From positions 48,980,001 to 49,044,000 of the forward strand of contig NC_092353.1 in the NCBI RefSeq assembly GCF_963676685.1: a stretch of DNA of 64,000 nucleotides, read 5' to 3'. The notes under the pieces are model-generated. The model had not been told where the DNA came from and searched no databases. It saw only the letters and a program-made list of their open reading frames with translations. The number at the start of each line of letters is the position of its first letter. Positions within the stretch are counted from its first letter, which is position 1. Below are positions 49,166 through 63,103 of this stretch, piece after piece. The DNA comes from Mytilus edulis (taxonomy: Eukaryota). The position numbers and the translations under genes are program-made.

Positions 49166-52100
49166 AAGAAAATTGGTACCGTTAATTTTATTCCACCTTT
49201 TGTGTCCCTGCAATTTCTTCGTATACCAATCTTGGTGAATGCTTATCATAAATAGAACCATGCAGCATCTTCAGATGTGCAGTTAAACCTTGAAATTATC
49301 CTATCACCAATATAATTGTGTTCGAACTTCAAACCAAGTGTGTGTACAGTGTAAAACTTTTTTAAAAATATGTGATCATGTCATTTATATGTAGATGTAA
49401 CATCCAAAATTACTGTCATTGCCACGGTAACTTGGAAATAATTTAACATTGGTGCCTATATGATAAAACAAATTAAAGTAGCATTTTTTTTAATTCACCA
49501 ACTTCTGTTTTGTCTGTTAGAAAATAGGTCGCAGTTTTTTTTTTTATATCATGGCATTCTTCTCAGTTCTACATAGACATGTGAAACTTTAAAATTGTTT
49601 GTATAAACATTGAACGACAATAATATGTGACGTATAAATTTTCTGACGTCAGACACGCAAAATTATTTCTTTTAAAATTGTAGCACGATGATGACTGCTG
49701 TACCCATATTTTGACTTTTTTATTTATCATGACTGTTTAGTTCACGCATCATTGTAAATATAACGGAATTTGATGAGACTGTCCTACAAGGTGTGAGGTT
49801 TAGCGCTATAAAACAAGGTTTAAACCACCACTTTCTACATTTAAAAATGCCTGTACCAAGTCAGGAATATGACAGCTGTTGTCCATTCGTTTTTTATGTG
49901 TTTTGTCATTTGATTTTGCACAGTGAATATGGACTTTCCGATTTGATTTTCCTTTGAGTTCAGTATTTTTGTGATTTTACTTTTTTCATATGATCTACGA
50001 TATAAAGGTACACAGATTCTCATTATAGCCCAAATCAAAACAAATTGATCGACCAATAACCAGTAAAACGAACAAATATCAAATAGTTACAAATGTATCA
50101 AAGGTACCAGACTTATGATTAAATACGTCAGTGACGGTCAGATCAAAATAGTTATAAAGCCAACACAGATTTCCAAGGTATATTAAAACGGAAAGTCCTT
50201 TTTCAAACGTCAAAATCAAAGGTTCAAAAACATTAAACGAATAGAAAAAAATAGTGTTATATTCTTATCTAGGTACAGGTATATTCTCCTTTTAGAAATT
50301 GATGAATTAAACATCTGGTTGTATTACTAGCTTAACCTTTCACTTGTATGACAGTAGATACAATTATTGTTCTGCATTTCGTTTGGTGAATATGCATATA
50401 ATGTTTTACTGTTGTAATTTGTTACTTGGTTGGAGACTTGTCACATGAGCACACATAACCCATCTTCTTACATCTATTTGTAATTATGAAAAAAAAAAAT
50501 TTCAATTAAATGTTAATGTTTTTGAAAATGAATTCTAGTAGCAGGATCTACCTACCATTCCGAAGCACATGGGATGACCCTACCCCCAGTTTTTGTTGAG
50601 GTTCGTGTTGCTTTGTCTATAGTTTTCTATTTTGTGTCTTGTGTCGAATTTTGCACTTTTGATAAAAGTAATTTTACACAAGGTTCTGTTAAAATTTAGG
50701 ATTTAAAAGTTGTATTCGATCTCAGTTTATCTGCACTTCATTTATCCAGCTATCTTTGAAGTCATTTTCAAATTTACTATTGACTGTTTAACAATTTCTT
50801 TTACTAGTACTTAAATTGTATAAATGATGTCGCCACTGTAGTTAATCAAAATGTGTCAGGTTAAAAGTATTTAAAACTGTAAAACAAAGTATTTTTGTAA
50901 CATAAAGATGTGTCAACGTCTCTAAGGAATTTTTAACGGCAAAGACTATTGTCTTGCATTTTCACGAGGCTAACCCATATGCGTATCGTATTTCACTGTG
51001 TATGGATATAATCATTCATGTTCCTATCACTTTTACCATAAGACAGAAGAAATCGGAGCACATTTGCTAATGACAAGGGATGTCCTTATTGCTCTGTATT
51101 ATAGTCTCTCACATGAGTCATATAGCGCTTGGCATAATTGATAACTTATCGTGTTGTCGTGTATGTATATTTCAAAGTCTGTATTCCCATATGCAAGAAC
51201 TTGGATGTTTACGATCCCAATGGTCTGTCAGCTATTACTCATAAACAGAAAAGTGAAAAGGTTTTCGGAAAGTGTCAGGACTGCACATTGTTGAAAATAT
51301 CTGTACCAAGTAATGAATATGACAGTTGATTTACATGCGTTTGATCTGTTTTAGCATTTGTTTTTGACATTTGATAAATGATTTCCTGTTTTGAATTTTT
51401 CTATTATCTATTCTATTATGTAGTAATTTAAACACTGTTTAACCTAAAGGAGGAAGATGGCACTAAATTTGTATTCACCAATCCTTAGTCAGGAACTTGT
51501 TGTTCGATGCTTGAAGTTTGGTATTGTGGTTCATGATTTTTGATTGTTTCTCGTATTTTACATAGATGAGCCATTTAATTTTCATTTTTCGGCGCTTTAT
51601 AGCACGTGTTCGGTTTTAACCAAGGCTCCGTGTTGAAAGCCGAACCTTGACCCATTTTTTTTTAAAACTTTTTATACATTGTGAATTGGACAAAGAATTG
51701 TCTCATTGGCACTCACACCTCATCTACTTATTCATATTTGTTATAAGTTAACTGATTTTTATAGTACGTTCTTATCTTGTACTGTCCAAAAAGAGGAGAG
51801 TGTAAGTGGGCCACAAATTAGTTTAACCCCGCTCAATTCTGTATGGACCTATCCAAAGTCATGAGCCTCTAATTCAGTGGTTGTCGTTTGTTGCTGTATA
51901 TCATATTGTTTTGTTGATCCAGTCAAAAATTTAAAGGCAAAAACTAAAATATATTTTTATAATGATTTGAGCGGTTGGTGTTTATCCCAAAATACCTCCT
52001 CCAGATGCTGGAAAGTTGTAAAAGAAAAAAGGAATATATACATCACTACCCGTAAAGAACACAGGAGATCCATCCTGTTTTTGGTGGCGGTTGTGTTCCG

Positions 52101-53539
52101 CAGTCTTTAGTTTTCTGTGTTGTGCTTTGTGTACTGGTGTATGTCTTTTCGTCGTTTCTCGTTAGTTTTTTTTTGCAATTGTTTTTTGTTCGACTTCCAA
52201 ATTGAGTAGTATTAATCTGGTATCTTTCGCCACTCTTTGGGCGTTTAACGTGTAAGGTCAAACGTTTGTGATAAAAGTTATTTGGGTTGCATTTAACAAA
52301 CCATCTACCTACCCTTTCTTTGTTTATTATATTTGTGTAGTCATATAGTTATTCGTCATTCTTTGAACTATAATTTACAATCTTGTATTTTACAGTTACT
52401 CTTTCTTTTAACTATGTTTAAACGAAAAATTTAAGTGCAAGGACTTTGGAATAAGGATAGAAGCTACTATTTCATATTTTTTTTATTATTCTTACGCTAT
52501 GTATTTCGTTGTTAATTTGTCAGACTATCATTGAGAAAATGTCGACCAAATATTTTTTTTCCATTTGATGAGTTAAGCCTTTTTCAAATGATTTTTATAG
52601 TTCGTTCTTATGTTGTACTGTCATACCACTGTCCAAGGTTAGGGGGTGGGATCCCGCTAACATGTTTAACCCCGCCACATTATTTATGTATGTGCCTGTC
52701 CCGAATCAGGAGCCTGTAATTCAGTGGTTGTCGTTTGTTTATGTGTTACATATTTGTTTTTCGTTCATTTTTTTATAAGGCCGTTATTTTTCTCGTTTGA
52801 ATTGTTTTACATTGTCTTATCGGGGCATTTTATAGGGCTTTGCTCATTGTTGAAGGCCGCACGGTGACCTATAGTTGTTAATGTCTGTGTCATTTTGGTC
52901 TTCTAATAATAGTTGTCTCATTGGCAATCATACCACATCTACTTTTTTTTTATATAAAGTGATATTCCGTTTCAATCCAACGCTTTGAATGTTTACATGT
53001 TTGTATTGAAATTTTGACAATGATGGACGACGAATATATTTAGACCCTAGGAAATAATTAACGTTTTAATTATCTAGTATGTAAATTTTGCTAAAATGAA
53101 ATCATTATCAATTGTTTATTTATTTTATGTTTTCGATAAAAGTTTGTAGGCAATGTGATAAAAACTGGTTTAATTGACATGTTAACATTCCTTCTAAATT
53201 AGTATATTCACATGATGCAACAGCTTTGCAATATTAAGAATACAAGATTTCACCTTCATATTATTTCAACTTTCACTGGAGATATACCAATGTATGTAGC
53301 TGAAGCTGAACCTACTCACAGTGTTAAAAGGACAAGTGATTTTAAAAATTCTAATTTAAAGTATGCATAAAAGTATGTATAAAAGACTTTTAAAACCATA
53401 AAAAAAATGGTATTTATGACCCACAATATCAATGTCGCCTTAATAGTTCATAAGCGGTCTATTGCTCCAAAAATAATAACACATCTCTAATGTATACGTG
53501 GAACTCGTATTCGTTTACAAATTAACCATTATGGTCGAG

Positions 53540-54578
53540 GTCACGTACCTTCACCCGCGGTAGCCCGCTGACAGGCCGGCCACGTACCTTACGCTACTAT
53601 CTTACAGCGACGTAACTACGACCTCAATACGGTCATCAAGTTCCCCCCGCGACCAAACAACGCTTTTTTTACGACCATACCGCGTTTATACTACGCTGTT
53701 CAAGTTCATAGTACAATTCTTGCATGCTCATGTTGTCCGTATCACTCTCGTCTTACGACCTGACTACGTTCATACTACGACCATCTCGAGTTCTAGCTAT
53801 GTTCATTGTCATTGTCACATGCAATATTTTAAAAAAGCACATCTAAAAGCTTTCTAGGTTTGGTTTTGTCTGTATGTAATTTGGACTCATGTCAATAATT
53901 TCCATCACATGAATCATGCTTGACATATCTGTATCATTCCCACTATGGTTCAATTATATATCGTAATTTCATCTTGATGGATCAGCAATACGTAGTGATT
54001 CAGGTTGGATTGGTATATCCAACATCTCTACTGTATCATCATTCGTACTAGAGGCCTCTCTGACTCTACATCTACCCCTACCATCACGTCTACGAGTTCT
54101 GAATGTTGGTGCTACATGTATTCCTGTGTTGTTTTTGAGAATTCTACGTATGAATGACAATAAGAAGGAATGAATCAGTGTTTATATAGAACACGATGTT
54201 GACGTTATTGTTGAGAGCGTAGTTAGATCGCGATAGGAACGTGGTAAGATCGTAAAATGATCTTGGTAAGCGCGTATTATAATCGCAGAGGAAGCGTGAA
54301 AAGATCGTGTTGCAATCGGATAATTCGTGGTATGGTCGTAGTGAGAACTTGATGAGCGTAGTAAGATCGTGATAATCGTAATGAGGCCGCAGATAAAGAG
54401 TTGTGAGAGAGTGGTAAAATCGTAGCGTAATCGCCGTACAAACGTACTGGTGACGTAGTAGCTACGTGAAAACAACGAAAATCTACATTGTCATGCCGTA
54501 CATACTGCAATCTCACCCAAAACTGATTTTTTTAGATCGCGGTGAGCGTTGTGAAATCATGTTCTAGTGTGACTAGAG
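53540..54578. mobile_element. Probable decayed non-autonomous DNA transposon
   Basis: GC-richer block with many TACGAC-like motifs on the left and inverted (GTCGTA/ATCGT) motifs on the right. Ends are not resolved. Confidence 0.35.
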
Positions 54579-57500
54579 CAAATTTTGCTGATGTGCTTTG
54601 TACATGTGACTTTTCGTGTTTCTTTGGTTCATATTACGTGGCTCTGTGCTTTAAAACATCCCGTGATTTTGTTTTTTAAACTATTAAAAGGGCATTAACT
54701 TAATGTTTTATTATGACTTTGAAAATACTTTGAACTACAAAATTATTTTATCTCAATGTGTTGTTAATATCTTTCATTTTTGCTGGTGTGCTTTGCACGT
54801 GCTACTTTTTGTGTTTCTCTGTACAGATGACGTAGTTTTGTACTCTTAACATCCCACCATATGTTTTATTGTTCTATTATAATGATATTTTATATCTCTT
54901 CCTGTGAGACGTAACATTCCAACATCAAACGCGCGGAAACTCGCCAAGCAGTCATTTTGATTGATTTTGAATACACATATCAGTGGTAATGCATGTGGTT
55001 GTATAATTTTATATTTCCTTTTTTGTGCTCTTTTTTTATATATTTGTTTGCTTTGTTCTGATAGAGATTGTGACACTGTATTATGGCTGGATCCCTATTT
55101 TGACAATTTTACTTTTTATGTCTATTTTGATGACACATCGTTATAAATACTATGGAATTTGATGCGACAGTCATACAAGTAATAGGTTTAGCGCTATTAA
55201 ACCAGGTTCAATCTATCAATTTCTACAGTTGAGAATGCCTGTACCAAGTCAGGAATATGACAGTTGTTCATTCGTTTGATGTGTTTTATCATTTGATTTT
55301 GCAATTTGATTAGGGACCTTCCGTTTTAAATTTTCTTCGGTGTTCAGTATTTTTGTATTTCTCTTTTTATGTAAAATCACCGCTATAAGAGTTAAATTGT
55401 CAAAAAAATAGGTTTCCTCATACTGATTCAATAAATAAATGTTTCTATTTACTTTTGCCTGAAACTAGGGAGATAAATATCAACTTCTGGCTTAAAATAT
55501 ATCACTTCTTGTCTTACATTATACCTTGACACAATGAATCGAAAAATATAGGTTATTATATACTATTGCCTGCAATAAGAGACATTTGGTACTTCCGGTT
55601 TAGTGAAGGTCACTTCTGGTTGATACTTTTGAAGGTCATATGTCAACCAACAGTTTGCAAAAAAACAATTGCTTTATTATTTACCAAGTTGAAGTAATAA
55701 TCAATTAACCTTAAATTAAATCATTTCAAGCAGAAAAAAATACTTTAAGGTGTCAGTTGATTGTTACAGACCAATTGTATCATATCTTAATCACAATAAG
55801 GCAAACAGTTTGTAGTAGTTACATAAGTGTCCATATGTATTACAAACAAAGTTATAGTATTGGTTCTTTCAACAAAAACTCTTTCTAATTTATCAAAATC
55901 AGTTCTTTTAGCAATGAAAGACGAGCTTTAAAGATGCACTCCCAAGGAAAACAGTGATCAGGGAGATACAAAAAGAAGTATTCCAAGGCGCATTAACTGT
56001 TCAATAACATATGCCAAAAATCTAAGCGACATCTTGCGAAACAAAATTGAAAAAAAATAAAAGTAGCCAAGATGAAAATGATAAAAATCAGAAGAATATC
56101 AATAGGTCTTTTCACAGAAAAGTGTAAAGACCTTATACTAATAAATAGATCAAATACTAAAGGTCTTTACATAGAAAAGTAGAAGGCCCTTATATAAATC
56201 AGTCTATCTTAACGCGGCACAAATAAAGAGTTCAAAGATGATTCGCCATCATCCTTCATGTGAAGACAGAGCAGAAAATTTCCACTGTTGCTTCCAAATG
56301 TATTTAAAAAAGTATTTGAGATAAATATTAAATATCATATTATACAAATGAATATTCAAAGTAAGGCAAATCGTTAGACATAAACACTAGTATCTTTTTA
56401 GGATAATTTCTAAATTATGGCCTAAATAGATATAAGAAGGTGAAGTGTGAGTGTCAATGAGACAACTCTCCATTGAAGTCACAATTTGAAAGAGTAAACC
56501 ATGATAGGTCAAAGTACTGTATTCAACACAGAGCCTAGGATCACCCAGGACAGCAAGCTATAAGTGGTCCAGAAAAGACTATTGAAAAATCATGCAAACG
56601 GGAAAATGAACGGTCTAATTTATATAACTATTGAGAACCACATCAACAAACGATAATTACTGAACATAAGATTCCTGGACAGGTGCAAACAAATGCAGCG
56701 GATTTAAATGTTTTAATAGGTACCACAATTTACCCTTGTCTGAAACAATAGTGTAACATCTAAACATAGAAAGACACACTATAAAATTTCAATTGACTTC
56801 TTTGATCAACACATATAGGAACACCAAACAGCGAAATTACTTGCATGCAATATTTACTTCACAAAAACTGGAGTTGATGTTTTTATGGTTCATTTAATCT
56901 ATTAAATTTTCTACAGTACGCTATACATACTCCATTTCACAAATGAAGTGCGATTCGTCCAAACAGTTGTCATCATTCCATTTGCCAACTTTGCCTGCCC
57001 ACTGGACAATCTCGCGACAGTTTTCACCATCAGGGTTTGCGACAACTAAATTATCCGGTGTGTTTCCGATGAAATTACTGTAGGTTATGGCTTTTCCACT
57101 TGCTAGCCAGATCCATACACCCTCAATTCTTGCATCATTTCCACCTATCCAAAAATCCCCTGTAAACAAATGCAGAAACATCATGTAAGTTTGTATATGG
57201 TTTGATTTTTTTTTCAATCAGTTTAAAGCAAATATTTATTTGATAAAAAATATATTATTTCTTAAAATGTCTTATACATGTTTATTGTTCAAAACGTAGG
57301 GGAAGAATCATATTTTCAAGTTCGATAGATTTTTTTAGACAAAGCGCAAATATCTTTTATGCCGTGGGTTATAATAAGCAACAACGCACCCTCGTGTCAT
57401 CTATCAAATAAAATCTGTAGAGTCGACATATTAAATAAATACATCATTGTTGTTGTAAGGTAAGACGACTGAAATTTCTGAGAGTCAATATATTATTATG

Positions 57501-58839
57501 GTTGAAAAATTGAATAGCTTGTTTGCCTGTCATGTATATGCAACTGGTGTGAAGAACAGCAATACAAAACCTACATTACAAGCAAAGGCAGATGTCATAT
57601 TTTTTGGGCTATTGGCATGGTTTCACAATCCATTTTAAGTTTAAAAGTCAAATGGTGGCAATTTATATTCATATTAAAATGTTCATCATTTCAGCACTGG
57701 TATTTGTTTCTCATTTCTGTTGTTGTGGGTACGGTGATCATGTTGAAAATTCAAACGACAAATTCCTCATTGGCATTCGAAAAATAGCATACATATAAAA
57801 TTTTACTAGATTGGATTTGATATTCTTTTGGAAAATGCTACATTTATTTGTTTTTCCAAAGGAACAATGTTATATCATTTGCAAGTTTCCATCGAAATTT
57901 CTTCACTATACTATGTCAAAAAGTTACATTACAAAAACACTGAACTCCGAGGTAAATTTAAAACACAAGGTTCCTAATCAAATGGCAAAATCAAAATCCT
58001 AAACATATCTCACTAATAGTCAACAACTGTCATATTCCTGACTTAGCTTGGTACTGACATATAACATTGTTGATTAAAACTGGTTATACAAATTTTTCAC
58101 ACATTTATCTAGTCTTGCATTATGGATGTTTCTTTTCGAAAATAAACATCAAAATTGTATTGTTTCAATCTGACAATAAAAAAATTAAATAAAAAAATTA
58201 TTCACATTTTTGCATGACAATGACAGCCATTTTTTAAAAATGTTGATGCCAAATGCAAATCTTGGCATGCCAGATAACATCTACGTACAATTTTGGTAGC
58301 TTTGGAGCATTAATAAACTTTCTTTGTTGTTTCTTTGACAACCGTGGCAATTTTGTAAATTTTCTAAACTAGTTCAACATCTATGCATTTTAGATAATGA
58401 CATTTAAAGAGAAACGAAAGATAATAAAGGTAGATTCAAACTTTTACAACGAAAATATTCAACTGACAACGCCATGGCTAAAAAACGACAAACAGGCAAA
58501 CAATAGCACACAAATCACAACATAGAAAAAAAGACTAACAACAACAACACAACCAAAAACATTGGGTGATATCGGGTTCACTGGAAGAATAACTGATCCA
58601 ATTTTACTGTATCAGGTCAAAATTTAGACAAATAATGTCTCTTCAGACCCAAACCAATAGCAAAATGCTACTTGTGTTCAATCCATATGATTCTAAGTTT
58701 ATTCCAGGAAAATCCACTACGGCTTAGTTCCAAAGTTGTAACTGTAATGGTAGGCAACAATATTGTATAAAATGTCATAATATTTTTGTAAAGAGTATTC
58801 ATTTTAGTGATCAAAAACCAAAGCTTTTATTTTCCCCAT

Positions 58840-60500
58840 TATTTATGTCACGATTATAACAACCATTAAAACATTCAAGGCCTAACTGCACTTTTTTCGA
58901 CAAGGATGTCCAATTTCTTCGTTAGCCTTCATATTGGTGGTTGAAATCATAGCAATTAAACTAAGAGAAGATAATAATCTCAAAGGTTTAGAGGTGAAAC
59001 TAGATGGTAGAAATTGCTCACTAAAAATATGCAGATGATACAACACTATTTTTTAAATTACCAAAAGATGTTAGTTTAGCAATGAATATAATTGAAACTT
59101 TTGGCAGTTTATCAGGATTACAACTAAACAGAAATAAAACAGAGGGATTTTGGTTGGGAAAACTTAAATATAGCAGAGACAAATTGGAAAACATAAATTG
59201 GAAAAAAGATAATATTAAAAGTCTTGGCTTTTACTTTGATTATAACAATCAAGACTGTCAAAAACTAAACACTGATAAACAGCTAAAAAAATGTGAAAAA
59301 ATAATATCAAACTGGATGAAAAGAAATTTAACATTAATAGGTAAAATAATAGTAATAAAATCATTAATTCTTCAAATTTAACTTATATTGCATCAAACAT
59401 GTACATACCAAAGAAAATAATACAAAAGTTTAAAACTCTAGTATATAATTTCATATGGAATGGGAAAAAAGATAAAGTTAAACGCGCAACTCTTTGTACA
59501 GACTATCTAGAAGGTGGGTTAAAAATGATCGACATAGACTTGTATCTCAAAGCTCTTCAATTACGTTGGATTTTAAAACTTAAACAAAAGTCTGCTGATA
59601 ATTGGTCAATCATAACCCAACTTACTTAAATAAATTTGGTAAAAACCTCTTGATATTTCAAATGAACATTAAAAATGTTAATATGTCAGACAAAATAATA
59701 TTTTAATCCCTTCCAGTGTTCTATCATCAATTGATTAAAACTTGGATTAAAGTTAAGGGAGGACAGAAAAATATATATCAATCATTTCTAGATATAATAA
59801 AGCAGTTTTAATTGGGCAACCATAACAAACAAACAAAAGGAAAATACTTATTGTTTACTAAATGGATCGAACATTATATTATGTATGTAAATGACATAAT
59901 TGATGAAAGAGGTCAGATATCAGAAAATAAAACATTACTTAAATTAAAAGATAAATCGATTGGATAAGAGAAGTAACATTATTAAAGAAAGCTTTTCCAA
60001 AACAATGGCAGAATATTTTACAGCAAGAAAGCTCATTTAAAACAAAAGTAAATATAAAGAATACAAAAAATCTGCAAATACTACTCAATCATAATATCTA
60101 TCCAGAAATGGGTAATTGTTATTTGTATGGAGAGTTGTCTCATTGGCACTCACACCACATCTTCCTATATCTAATAAAGAAATATATTCAATACTTATTT
60201 TCCCTTATAAACAAGAAAAACATATAGGTATTCTGAAGTTGGAAAGAATTTTTGAAGAAAATTTAAATATAAAATTTTAAGGCACTCTTAGTTTTATATT
60301 TAATTACCTAGATAACAACAAATTTAAAATGTTTAAATGGAAATTACTCAACTTCATCCTTCCATGCAACGACTTATTAGTACAGTGGAGTGTATTAGAA
60401 AACAATTCTTGCAATTTTTGCAAAGAAATTGACAACTATAAACATTTTTTATTACAAAGATTGAAATCTTTAAAATTTCAAAAAGGAAATCTACGACATT
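58840..60500 (+). mobile_element. 5'-truncated L1/Tx1-like LINE ORF2 (RT) fragment, decayed, in the lectin intron
   Basis: RQGCPISSLAF, YADD, FGSLSGLQLNRNKTEG, LTLIGKIIVIKSL, FIWNGK, EGGLKMID and a C-terminal CNFC..D..HF motif. Interrupted by a family B fragment at ~60110-60172. Confidence 0.82.
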
Positions 60501-63018
60501 ATAAGATTAAATGCGATAAGAAATATGGAAACCGGGAATATGTTATTAAAGACATCAGCATATTGTAACCTGTAAGTAAAGGTATAACGTTCAAATGAGT
60601 ATGTTTTTAACAAATAAACACATGCTAACTTCCCTTGGCCTTGTATAAATAATATACCACGAGGTGCCAAAAAAAAAAAACCGCATAGCAAATAACCTTT
60701 TGATTTGAATTTAACATAATTGTATAAACTTACCTAGATATGTATTTACATTAGCATAGTCAAGCATGTAAGCTTAGACAAAATAAACCTCCAAATCATA
60801 AAAGAATATTAAAGTAATTCCAATACACAGGTAACCTGTGAGAAAGTAAACACACATAATAATCACAAAACGATACGGTGTAGAACCGTAATTTTTCCCG
60901 ATTTGTAAGCAGACAATTTTTTGTATTAATGAATGAATCAATTTATATTAATGTTATTTAAATTATGTATTATGTTTAATTGTATTATACTAACATTTAT
61001 ATACTATTTTATCATATATTCTCCCGTGATGTATAATAACTGATATACAGGTATACTTAGCATAATATTGTAAGCTAGGTAAATTATTAAACAGCATTTA
61101 GTGTAATAAAGATGATTTAATTGTTTTAAAAAAAAATATCTTTAGATGCTGTTCCTCGTTAAATCAAAAAAATATCAAGATTTGTTCATAAATCCCCGAA
61201 AAATCGATGGGCCAACTAAAGTGAAATTAAAAATTAAAATGATAGGGTAAAACAAAACAGACGAATTTCATTTTTTCCCTTGGGACATTTCGGATTATTG
61301 TCATTATTCCCCTGCGGAAAGTTGACAATACGTTAACTAATAACCTCTTTTCACATTGCCCATATTTTCCCCCAATATGAATTTCAATATAAATTTACAT
61401 CTTATTGACATCATATATTGCACATATTTTCATATCTTTTTCATATGAAATGATAAATTCCTGGAATGTTAAAATAATCTGTCGTTCGGCTTTGGCTGAA
61501 TAAAAAAAATGGCATACTCAAATGCAAAAGTATGACGTGAATATCTTACAACGTCTAAAATTGTCACCTAGAAAATTTCATATTCACAAATCGGTTTATA
61601 AAATTATTTTTTAAATGAATTTGGAACCAAATAATCAGTCTTTCAAGGGAACTCAAATGAATAACTTTCAAATTTCTCCTTAATATCATGCTGATATAAT
61701 ATGTCGATATTTGATTATCGGCAGGTTTGCTGAAATAGGATATATGTTTGCCTGTTATGAGATAAAAAAAATATAATATTTACAATCAGTGTTTCGCTTT
61801 TTGGATAATCCATTTTTTATACGATTTAAAGTGTCTGTTATGAAGTCGTTTTCTGCTCCAGTCTCTACTGATGCTAATTCCGAACGGTACGCTCTACAGC
61901 AATCCTGAAAATATTTTGTTTCTTTAAATAGACATTGCGCATCAGATTTATTCGTTCATAGTGTGTTAATTTACGTTTTTTGATTGAGTTAAGCCTTCCA
62001 ATTGATATTTGTAGTGTTTTTTTCTATGTTGTGATATTATACTATTGTTTCAGAAAAAGGGAGAAGGTTTGGTACCATTAAAACGTTTAATCACGCTGCA
62101 AATGTTTGCACCTGTCCTAAGTCAGGAATCTAATGTACAGTAGTTGTCGTTTGTTTATGTAATTTATACGTGCTTCTCGTTTCTCGTTTTTTTATATAGA
62201 TTAGATCGTTGGTTTTCCCGTTTGAATGGTTTTACACTAGTAGTCTTGGGGCCCTTTATAGATTGTTACTCGGCGTGAGCCAAGGCTCCGTGTTGAAGGC
62301 CGTACCTTGACCTATAATGGTTTACTTTTATAAATTGTTATTTGGATGGAGAGTTGTCTTATTGGCACTCATACCACATCTTCCTATATCTATCTTTTTA
62401 TAAGTTCAGAAATTACTATGTCTATTTCATGTTTTCACCCTTCTATAACTAACTATAATCGTTTGCAATGATTTTTTTGTACCAAGTCTGATGGTAGAAA
62501 TAGAAAGGCATGGCCACTGTTGATAGTTGTAGACATTTCTTTTTTAATAACAGCACTATAATATAACAAAAATTACCAATTTTTGATGTAATTGTGCATT
62601 GAAAAGGAATAAGGTTTAATCAGCAAGGGGGTATGTTCAGCGGCATAATAGCCTCATAATCTATCTTTTTTAAACCACATTGTACGTATCAACATGTCTA
62701 TGAAAATCTTTTATTTGAGTTATATCTCGACGTTGTTCATAAGAGTCTTTGTGTTTACTTTCACTGAAAATTAAAACAACATGTTTTCAATGTGTAGGAA
62801 AATTGAAAAAAAACACGTTATAAATGTTATGCGTCCGATGCGCTTTCCTGAATTTGCCTTCATAAGAACACTTCAAACCGAATATTGTAAAGCCAAGCAT
62901 ATCTATAATTTAAATAAGATATGGTTAAAACTCAGATTAATTCATTAAAAAGTCAGAATTGGATTTCAGTGTGTTTATATCTGATTCCTTGGCTGGGTTG
63001 GACTTTCTGACTGCGCAA

Positions 63019-63103
63019 CAGTGTGTAGTATAATTGTAAAGTATGTGGAGCAGTGTGTAGTAGAATTGTAAAGTATTTGGAGCAGTGTGTAGTAGAATTG
63101 TAA
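63019..63103. repeat. 32 bp tandem repeat (~2.7 copies)
   Basis: Unit cagtgtgtagtagaattgtaaagtatttggag. Confidence 0.85.
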
